Shown one piece after another: positions 51,668-62,000 of a stretch of 64,000 nt of DNA (position 1 is its first letter; every line of letters begins with the position of its first letter). Source of the stretch: Lingula anatina (taxonomy: Eukaryota; Animalia; Brachiopoda); assembly GCA_051362555.1 (NCBI GenBank), contig CM120642.1, forward strand, positions 22,878,001-22,942,000, given 5' to 3'. The translations under genes were made by a program, and so were the position numbers. The notes under the pieces are model-generated. The model was not told the origin of the DNA. It made no database searches and worked only from the letters and a program-made list of their open reading frames with translations.

Positions 51668-54600
51668 CCCCCAGGTTCCTGAAAGGTGACAAGAACAGAA
51701 CTTGTAAACTCTATGACATGACAGTGGGAGTGAAAATAAGAGCATGGCTACTGTGGTGTAATATAAGATGAAGATATGTTGCTTAGTTCAATGCTTTTCT
51801 CATACAAATCACTACTAAGAAGACACTTAACACTCAGTAATGAAATGCTTTCAATTATTTTATGATAAAAGATTAATTTGTGGAAAATTGTATACTAAAA
51901 TAATAATTTGTGAAAAATTGTATGATAAAAAAATTATGAATAGAATTCCAGAGTGCAATAATAATCCTTTTTTGCAACAAAAGCAAAAGAACAATGCTTA
52001 AAGGCACCTGAAGAAGTAAATAAAATGCTTTCCAAATGCCATAACCATTCTCAAATTGTCAGTTTTTGCTGAACAATAACACACACACACTAAAGAAATT
52101 TGAAATCATTATCACTCACTGTCACGTCTGTAGTAATGTCGATTGCAGCAAAGGAAATGGGAGTCTGTTTTGGTGTTATCTCCTGTTTCTTCTTGTCATC
52201 CAGCGTATCTGCCTCTGAAGTGGTCTTACTTCCTAAATGCAAAGAAGCTGAGGGAGAGATATCAGGTGCCATGTCAGCAAAGAAATCAAATTCCTGCACT
52301 TTTGGAGTTGCTTTTATCTCTATAGCTAAAACATCAAACTCTGCCCCTAGCTGCTCAGTGTTTATCATGTGCCCACCAGTACTACCACTTTCTCTTCCTT
52401 TTGTTTTCTCAGTAGTAGAGTTTTTTCTGGAAGAATTTGAGGGACCCTGTTGCTGCCTTGGAGATGCCAAGGAAGATGGCTGGTTTGCAGGAGTTTCTGT
52501 CCAATCACTAGTATTCCAACTGAAATCATCGGTCTCCTCTTTACTTCCAGAATCCAATGACTTAGATCTTGGTGACTTGAAGCTTTTTCCACTTTCTGCC
52601 TCCTCTTTCATGCTTGGGCTTTTCAGTTTCAGTTTGCCTTTTTTGGCTTCCTTTGGAATAATAGATCTGACCTCCACTTTCTCCTCTACACCAGACCAGT
52701 CTATGTGTATGGGTTCCACAGGGGACAGCCTCAACTCAGCGTCCTTCCTCTCCAGACTTTCCATTTCTTCCTCGATTTCTTTCTCAATAGCAGCGTCCAT
52801 GGCCTGTTCCTCATCCCAATCTGTCCAATTTTCCTCATTTTCAGACAGTGGAGCAGCATCTTCCTCAGACTCACTTCTTTCAATATTGGAATGGATCTCT
52901 TTCTCCTCCACTGCTTTGGCAGCACTAATGCTTCCTGTTAAAGGTTTATCACCTTCCTCTTTTTCAGAATCTCTATTGATGTCCTCTGTAATGTTAATGT
53001 CAGCTGTGGAAGTCTGCTGTTCAGTAGTCAGATCTTGGTCCATTTTTATAGTTCTTTCTGAAACTGATTTTAAAGAAGAAATGATAAAAAGTCTCGAGAA
53101 TCCTCTCAAATTTCATGAAAAACTATTTATTTTGCACAAAAAATTAAGATAAATAATAATAAATAAATAAATAATAAATAAAAATTAATAAAATAAAATA
53201 AACAAGTTAATATAAATGAATAAATATTTCATCTATTCAGTAACAGGCTACTCAGCAACACAACACTGAAAAATAAAGTTTCCCCACTATAACCTAATGC
53301 AATTTACAGATTATATGTAGATACTAAATGGTGAAGTATCTGCTCTCTACATAATGCGTACTTATCTGTGCCACACAGCAGTAATAACATTTCAACTCAT
53401 GAATAATTGATACTGTGAATCTATATGAAAATAAATAGCAATGTGTTTTGATCACACTGGCATTGAAGTTGCAGTCACCAGTAGGTTGATTTATTTCAGG
53501 ATTGAACAAATATGGTCCTATTAATAAGTTCAAATTTCTCTCTCATATAAGATCTTGAACAAATGATGTCATTAAACCCGACTTGCTAGTTGTGCTGAGC
53601 AGAGGAGCATATACTTCACTGGCATGACCCCTACAATCATTACATATGAGTGAAAATCAAACAGTATGCAATGTGTTCAGTAGTTTTTTTTAAAAGTGAT
53701 TTTAAACTGTTATTACCTTTTTCAGCCTGGATCTTTTTATCTTCCCTTTTTCTTCTCCTTTCTTCAGCTTTTCTCTTTGCCTCCTGTTTCCTCTTCTCTC
53801 TTTCTTTTAACAGCTGTAGTTTTCTGTCCTCACTCTCATCACTGGGGTGTCTCTTTAGATCTCCATTGCTATTCAAACAAAACAAATATGGCTAATATCA
53901 AAACTACCTTTAAAATATCATTAACAGGGACATCAGTTTTTCACAGTACTAATGAACAGTACTACATGGCATTGATGTTAATTTCTTTTAATATAATGCT
54001 ACTGATTGGACAGCTTGACAAGCCAACTCCTGATATCTGAGACAGGCTTCCTGATTGGAGGGCTCAATAGTTATACATAATTGATAAGATTTCATTTCGA
54101 ACAGCATGAAGTTCTAAGTATGGCAGCTGAAATGAAAACTGAAATCATTTGTTTTGCAAGCAATTGTCATTAAACTGCCATGCATCTGATTTATATAAAC
54201 AGTATATGGGTGAGAAACAAACATCAATCTCATAAATGCATATATTCAATATGTCTAGATCAATTATCTACAGACTGGGTCAGTACCTCAATGCAGATCA
54301 TTATGGATTTAGCTAAAATACTGCTAATATTGAACATGCTGGTAATAAAGTATTCATAAATGCAAATGTTAATGGTATTGGAAAGAAATGTGACTTATGA
54401 GTCAGAACGCGTTAAATCATTATACAACAGAGCAAGTTTGTAATATAAAAAAAAATTATCTAGATGAACACATGAATTATTCAGCATTTTCTGACAACAG
54501 AAATATCTCACTTAAACGTTCCTGATCAAAATAATAGTCTATAAACCACATTTATAACCCTTTTGTCTCCCTCCTGAGCTTCTTTTCTTTACATTTAAAA

Positions 54601-56340
54601 CTAAAATGGAATATCAATACACTACATGATCAGCACTACTTAAGAGTATCAGGCCTATACTATAAATGTAAGCAGTTTTCTTACCACACTTCCCCTGTGG
54701 CTGACTTAGTCAGGTCTAAGACTTTGCTGACTGTGTCAGGGACTGGAATGTGATCCCCTGAGCTGGTCTCCTCTATCTTCAAGGCCTATAGTTAGAAATT
54801 ATTGTACACTTGGAAAAAGGTATTCTATTTGTAACAATGCCACGTTGCAATTCCACAGTGCTGATGATCAATATAGTCTCAGTTTTGTTGCCTGTAGGAA
54901 AACTGGGGTATAAAATAGCCTAACAGGTGTAAAGTCAAAGCCCTGAGGGAAATATTTGGAATAGAATTAATGTCCGATAGTGATATATGCCTTCAGGAAC
55001 ATCTCTGTTTAATTTAATTACCTTGTGATCATTAATAACTTGTTTTTGCTTAACTTTTTTTCTGTCACTAAAATAGAAAGAAATTGGGGGGTGCTAGTCC
55101 AGCTTAAAATCAAGTGATCGTACTTGTTTATATGTTTAAAATAAAATCTGCCTTACTCTGGGTTTTCCTTCTATAAATATCTTTGACCTTGACCTTCCTA
55201 TCACAGCGTCCCCTCCTAATACTGGCACTAATACTGCAAGAGCCTCCAGAGACTTACACACTATCTGGTCATTAGTGTCCCTCAAACCAAGCAACAACTG
55301 GAAAATCATGTAAATGTAAATTAAGTCCAAAGGTTTAACATTACTTTCCCCAAAGGTTCTCAGTTGTTTACTTCATTTATATTGATATTTACTATATTCT
55401 GATACAAAATTGCCAGACTCCACCCATTAATATAAAACATTTAATTAAAATACTATATACTTGAATCATAACAAGTGTAATAAAAAAACATACCTGTGGC
55501 AGAATCACATCCTGTAATGATTCCTTATCAAATAAATGAGCAAAGTGTCTAAAATGTGTGAGAATCACAAGTCTGATGTGTGCATCTTTGACATGGAAAA
55601 TCCTGTATAAGATAGGGATGACATGTTTCTGATACAGTCTCCGAGGCAGGATAGGCACCGGCCTATCTTCCTTATGAGCTTCCTTAGATTGCACTTTATT
55701 ATTTATGTCTGTGTCTTCTGAAATGGAAAAGATAACGCATGATCAGATTTTCAAAGTTAAGTTTTGGTAACCTTATAGATGACAAATTCTCCTTTCCATG
55801 GTCCAGGAATGACATGTCAATTTTTCATAACTCGCAGGCAAAGATGGTTAAGACAATTTTCAAAACAAATGAATAGCTTCAAAGATTAAGTATCCTGTTG
55901 AACATTTCCAATGAACAGCTGACATACTTATGAATAACTAAGCAGAATTTAAATTAAATAATTTAATTTTCTATCATCAATTTGGCAAGATTTTTTTCAA
56001 TCTAAAACAAAGTTATTCCATTACTAACCCAGTTCCATTAAAGTTTAACACATGCATAAAATTAGCTTTTGGATCAAATGAATGATAAAAGTACAATGAA
56101 CCACAGGGAAATTTCCATCAATTGACCATGGGGATCAACAGTCCGAAATGTGCCTAAATCCCATTAAAATTACACGCAGATAAACCATGTATAAAGGTAC
56201 CTTCTCCTGGGGTGAGGACATGTGGTATCACATGATCCACTGCATTGGTGTCCAGTAACACGAAGCGCGACAAGAGCGGCTCTGCCAGCCTAGAGGCTAC
56301 GAGGTCTGCCGGCAACGACAACAGCTTCTCCACCACTGTG
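51622..56340 (-). CDS. SCYL3: SCY1-like pseudokinase 3 (PACE-1), 3' portion, upstream exons beyond right edge. Approximate exons 56201-56340, 55494-55717, 55155-55297, 54686-54785, 53716-53870, 52120-53063, 51622-51678
   Basis: LVASRLAEPLLSRFV, FHVKDAHIRLVIL, VILPQLLLGLRDTNDQIV..SL.ALAVLVPVLG, LGAEFD, EFDFFADMAP, C-terminus GWEDEDLEWGEDDKW*, all matching vertebrate SCYL3 as I recall it. Confidence 0.9.
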
Positions 56341-56860
56341 CTGAGAAATTCAAAATATTTATTTTATTAATAACCATAAGATTTTGAAATGTTTTTTTTC
56401 ATATCATTAGACCATTTTTAGGGAAATATGTCAGACACAGCAAACTGCATTATCCCTGCAATTACGGAGAAAGTCTGAATTCTTTGAAGTCTACAAATTG
56501 ACATATCTTATTACTGATCACTTCCTTAGAACTAACTATAATATCAATACAGTGTCTGTGCATTTTCTGTCTTACTGAAGAGAATATATAATTATACTTA
56601 ATAAAAATATACAAAGTTAAATAATATTAACCTTGCTATTTTGTGTGCAGGATTGACAAATATTTATTATCAGTCAAATAAGAACTTAGTTATGAGTTAA
56701 AATAATTCCACTCTGATATGAACAGTAAGTAAGGCAGTTCCAAATAGATTTGAATCAACTGTCCTCAATTACTATTATGCTTCAAGTAAAAGATTATGAG
56801 GACATATACAGTCCAGTAAGGACCAAGTTGATCTGCAGACTAACTGATCTGCTGATCAAA

Positions 56861-56952
56861 TATGGCGAAACCCACTCAAAAGCTTTTTGCGTAATCCCTG
56901 TGGGGAATCCATTAGGGGATTACCCAGAAAGCTTTCAAGTGGGTCGCCCATA
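56861..56952 (-). other. Long imperfect hairpin within the LTR (putative R region)
   Basis: TATGGCGAAACCCACTCAAAAGCTTTTTGCGTAATCCC pairs with GGGATTACCCAGAAAGCTTTCAAGTGGGTCGCCCATA. Confidence 0.85.
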
Positions 56953-57019
56953 CTTGTAACATAACGTCATGTTCTGCTTTCTAGAGATCAGCATGCAGTG
57001 TCCTCTCTCTGAGTACTGA

Positions 57020-57054
57020 CTACTGACTTCTACCTTTATTTCTATCTTTATATA
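57020..57054 (-). promoter_or_regulatory. LTR core promoter: TATA box plus initiator
   Basis: TATATAAAG starts at 57054 and TCAGT has its A at 57024, the canonical 30-nt spacing. Confidence 0.6.
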
Positions 57055-57545
57055 CCTTCACATATATAATTACATTACATTGGCTTCCCAGCCAGGTGGG
57101 TTGCCAGAGTGGTCACTTTAATTCAATTACACATGCGATAGGGAAGACTTCCAGACTGAGCACTAAATGGCTTCTACTAGTGGACAATAGGTTGATAACT
57201 TAAACTGATTGATCAAGGTGAATAATATAGTTACAAGGCAGAGGACCATTCCTAAATACATTTGAGGTGGATGTATTTGTTAATCAAAGATATGGTTTCT
57301 TGTTTAATTGAGTTACCTAGTGTGACTCTAAACAGACTACTTTAAACTTGACCTGTAAACCGATTATATAAGCATACATCCTGAAAACATTTAACCTGCA
57401 CATCTATATAATTCAGGACACATAATGTTATATAACAACCTTATAAACTTCTGGAAATTAGATTGATGATATTTATAGTTGCTATTTCAATGAAAAGTTG
57501 AGAAAACTGAAAATTCATTTAAGGCATTAAATTACAAGTATGACA

Positions 57546-57577
57546 CATCCCTGGGGCCCTTCTAAATATGTCCTCAT
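57546..57577 (-). promoter_or_regulatory. Polypurine-tract region
   Basis: TGAGGACATATTTAGAAGGGCCCCAGGGATG immediately before TGTCA, resembling the GAGGAC...AAGGGG layout of gypsy 3' ends. Confidence 0.55.
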
Positions 57578-57929
57578 ATTTACCATTAAATTACAAGTAC
57601 TCTAGGTTTTATACACACCAATTACATGTACACATTATCTATTTGTTTTGACTATGTACAACTAAATTTACTAAAACACAAGCAATAATTATAAAGACAT
57701 AATATGACATGGTATTTTCTCACTTCAAATTGAAATAAATATGTAAAATAATATTTCTATATCAGTATGACAACACATTTATGTTTACACAAAAGATAAT
57801 TCTAAACAGCTACATTCTATTTGATTTTACATTTTTCCTTTATGTAAGTACAGTTCTTTTGGTAAAGTGGGAACCTTATTTGTCCAGCTACTACCATTAA
57901 TATTCATAGGGTGCACAGTAATAATATCA

Positions 57930-59065
57930 ATGAACTTGTTATTGTTTCCATGTTTATTTTAGTTTTACTATTTGTTGAAACGTTTTCTCTAGCAATATCC
58001 ATTACGGCTTTTAACTGATGCATATACATTGCTCCCTGGACTGATCCCTGTCAGACCAAGACTCTAGAAGATTTTCTAACATTTTTACTTTGAACATCCA
58101 TTAAAAGCATCCACTATAAGTGCGATGACAAAGTAGGAAGGTACAGACATTGTGTTTATGGTAAATGTAAGACCTAAGCCACGTTGGTAAAAACTGACAA
58201 ATCCCATAAAGACTAAGAAGGTCAAGGAAAAACAAAAGTTGGTGGAAGTTGGTGCTATAAGTACAAAAATATACTGAACCTTTTGTAGTATGTACAAATG
58301 AGGATTGGGGGGTTTGCTGAAAGGTATGACCATAAAAATAAAAATTAGAAAACAACAATATTTACTATTAACTGTTTCTTTATTCAAAGTGCTGGCATAC
58401 AATGTATACAATTGTAGGGTTTTTAGTATTATTATTATTTCATTTTTGAAGCTTTTGATTTGCATTTTATGACGTTAATATATTTTTCCTGCCTGTTTTT
58501 TTTTTTTTTCTTTTTTTTTTTTGTTTAGCATTTGCTTCCTTCATATTTCTTCCAGTTATGGTAATTCATTCAATTTGTTCCTTTGTGCTGATACTGATAT
58601 TTTACGTTTGTGAATTTCTAAAATAACTCCATTCATCCAATGCACTGTGTAGCTTTCACAGACACTAATGTCATATTTTGTGATGCTTACCAGCAGGCTG
58701 GTTACAACAATATTTGTTAAATTTTATTATGTGTTGTTCTTGGATGGACTGTTTCCCAACTTCACAATTACTTACTTTGGTACCCAAGAAATTAAAGATG
58801 GAAGTACAGGTTGTGCACAGCCTCATACAATGCAGAAAGTGCCTGCACCTCTGATTGCATTCAGCAAAAGATGTAAAGAAGAGGGTATAGATGGTACCTT
58901 AGTTTGTTGTTGTTAGGTTAGGTTGTAGTCTTGAAGTTTGCACAAGTGCGCATCTTGTGCATTTTTGCATTGCCCTTTTTAGTTTCTTATTATTATGTTG
59001 CTGCATTTTTAAACACTATGCTCATCTAATTCAACACACTTTTTATCTGTCATTTCTCTGTTACT
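57930..59065 (-). pseudogene. Highly decayed second pol (RT palm/thumb plus a possible post-integrase helix) inside the element's 3' region
   Basis: Collinear motif remnants across frameshifts: ELDEHSV*, KKGN..KMRTCANFKTT, YPL, AIRGAGTF, KYCCNQPAG, QIE*ITITGRNMKE, KQAG..INVIKCK, FYGHTF, QKVQYI...APTS, FMGFVSFYQR, YMHQLKAVMDIARENV. Confidence 0.6.
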
Positions 59066-59070
59066 ACATT

Positions 59071-62000
59071 TTAATTCTGATATCGTACTATTGGTGGTCT
59101 TTTTCTTTTCCTTCCCGCATGGGTTTTTGTGCTATGGAATTCTTTCTTGAATCTTTCTGGTATGTCATCAGCCAGTACACCTTTTACGATTGATTTTTCA
59201 TTTGCAAATTTAACATTGTACTGATACTGTTTATATTTGGCATTCCATGAGCATTTGACAAGCTTTTCTATTTGTCGGACTGGGTCATCTTCTTCCTCAT
59301 TCACCACACCTTGCTGTGTCGATGTAACGGGCGTAGTTGTTTGGCCTGAAATGCAACGTTGCGTTTGAGGTCTATTTTGCTGAGGGATGATAGGTTCATG
59401 GTACTCTCTCAGGTTATTTGCATGGACAGGGCTTCTGTGCATTTCATTATTATCACATCTCCTGATTCTATATGTGACAGGTCCTACTCTTTGGTGTATC
59501 CGATATGGCCCTTGCCACTTTTTGTGAAGCTTGGAACTAAGACCAGGCGGAGGCTTTGGTATATGGAGGAGAACTTCATCACCTATTTGAAATGTTGGGT
59601 TTTTAGCTTTCTTATCGTAGTGCTTTTTGTTTGCTGTACTTGCCAATTCTTTGTTTTTCTTTGCTTGTTCCCTACCCCATTCTAGTGTTTCCAGGTGGTC
59701 TTGCACATACTCTCTGATAGAATTTGGGAGCTTATCTTTTGGCGCCATTTTCACATCAAAAGGTGTTCTCATCTCTCTGCCGTGCAATAGAAAGTATGGT
59801 GAAAAGCCTGTTGCTATTCCTGGTGTTTTTCGATATGCCATGAGAATTGCTGGGAGTACCGTTGGCCAGTTTGTTTGTTTCTTATCAGCATAAGATCGAA
59901 GAGCTTGGCCAATAAAACCATTTGTCCTTTCACAAACAGCATTTGTTTGAGGGTGATAACTGCTCGTGAATACCTGTTTAACTTGAAAAAGATCACAAAT
60001 CGCCTGAACCAATTTTGACCGAAAGTTTTGACCTCTGTCTGAAATTAATGACCTTGGAGCACCATATCGAGTGAATACCTGACTGTAAAGGACTTCGGCA
60101 ACCTCTTTTGCAGATTGAGTGCGCAATGGAAAGGCTTCTGGATATTTGGAAAATGATTCTACTGCAAGAAGGATGTACTGATATCCTTCTTCTGTTTTGG
60201 GGAGAGGCCCTAAGATATCAATGTGCCATCTTTCCATTACTTCTGTTACAGGTAGAGGTTGCAGTGGTGCAGGGTGTGCGTGATATTGTCTCTTTGATTT
60301 TTGACAGGTGTCACATGATTGTATGTACTGCTGTATGTCTTTGTACATACATGGCCAATAGTATTTTAGACGAATAGCACTATGAGTTCTGTTAAAACCC
60401 TGATGTGCCCCACCTGATGGCGAGTTGTGATAGGCCTGTAAAAGCTCATTGCGATATTCTGGTGGCACTACTAGAAGATGCCTTGTTCTGTTTCCACCTT
60501 TTCTTCTTTCTGCTCTGTCTTGATGAATGAAATGCAGTGTTCCTCCTTCGTCCAGAAAATAGTTCATTTTGTTTTTACTTTGATTATCAGTTCTAGGGTA
60601 CTCTGTTGATTTGACATCCTCTATAATTTTTCTTATCTCTGGGCAGTTACGCTGTGCCTGTCTGAGTTTGTCACCAACCTGTGCTGCAACTAGGGGAACA
60701 TCATACTGATAAATAAATGTTGTTTCTTTTGACTTTCGGAGATCATTACTTGTTTCTGCAACTGCTATGTCTGCTTCATGAAATTTGTCTTCGATGTCCT
60801 CTTCATTGATGTTTTCCTGATACTCTTGCCTTGAGAGACAGTCTGTTGGATTTGTTTTTCCCTTGGTGTACTCAATCTTGAAATCATAGGGTTGAAGGTA
60901 AAGACTCCATCTTTTTAGTTTTTCATTTGATGACTTTTTGCTGTTTAACCATGATAGAGGTTGATGATCTGTATAGACTGTAAATTTGTGGTTTGATAAA
61001 AAATGGCTGTATGCTTTTATTCCTTCTACCAAGGCTAGGCATTCTAATTCTGAGGGACAGTAGGAACTTTCTTTTTCTTTCCTCGTGAGAGCACGGCCTC
61101 CATAAGAAATGGCATGTTCTTTGTTGTTTTCATCCTTTTGACTTAGCATATAGCCGATTGCTGTTTTTGAAACATCAGAGGTTAATATAAATGGCTTTGA
61201 CAAGTCAGGAAATGCAAGGATTGGAGTAGAAGTGAGCGCTTGTTTTAGAAACTGAAATGCAACTTCACATTCATTTGTCCACTGGAAACGTTTGCCTTTG
61301 TGCGTTAATGCATGGAGGGGTGCTGCTAATTTGGAATAATTTTTAACAAATTTTCTGTAGTAATTTGTGAGGCCTAAAAAACTGCGAACTTGAGTGGCTG
61401 TTTTAGGGGTTGAAAATGATTTGACTGCTTGAATTTTCTGTTGATCTACTTCTATGCCCTCCTTTGATAGAACATGGCCCAAAAAGTGGATTTTCTTGCA
61501 GCCAAATTTGCATTTTGTTGGTTTTAGGGTCAAATTTGCAGTCTGAAGCTTTTTGAATATAAGCTCTAAATGGTGAAGGTGTTCAGTAAATGTTTTGCTG
61601 TATACCAGGATGTCGTCGATGTAGACTAAAGCAATTTTCCAGTTTAGATCTTGTAACACTTGGGACATAATTTGTTGATAGGTAGTACCGGCGTTCCGAA
61701 GCCCAAACGGCATGCGTTTGAATTGGAATTGACCGTGGTGTGTGACAAATGATGTTTTCTCCTTAGTATCCGGATCGAGTGGTATTTGCCAGTAGCCTGA
61801 TGCCATATCGAGAGAGGAATAGAATTTTGCTTGAGCTTCTCCAACTGTCTCGTGAATATCTTCCATACGAGGTAGTGGCCAATTTATAGGGTGGGTGACA
61901 TTGCTTAGCCTTCTGTAATCTACAGCAAACCTGTATGTACCGTCCTTTTTTTTAACTAAAACTACTGGTGCAGCCCACTGTGATGTTGATGGCTCTATGA

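Larger units (their letters stand above)
56429..57545 (-). repeat. Candidate 3' LTR (~1.1 kb)
   Basis: Begins TGTCATAC right after the purine-rich tract and ends GTCTGACA (7/8 inverted match). The partner LTR is not in the window, so boundaries are unverified. Confidence 0.65.

Noticed and set aside
52100-53152. 350-aa plus-strand ORF
   Set aside because: Ser/Leu/Phe-rich antisense shadow of the Glu/Lys-rich SCYL3 exon
58085-58465. 126-aa hydrophobic ORF as a possible env or accessory gene
   Set aside because: No signal peptide, furin site or env-like length. Better explained as part of the decayed RT remnant, though not strictly excluded
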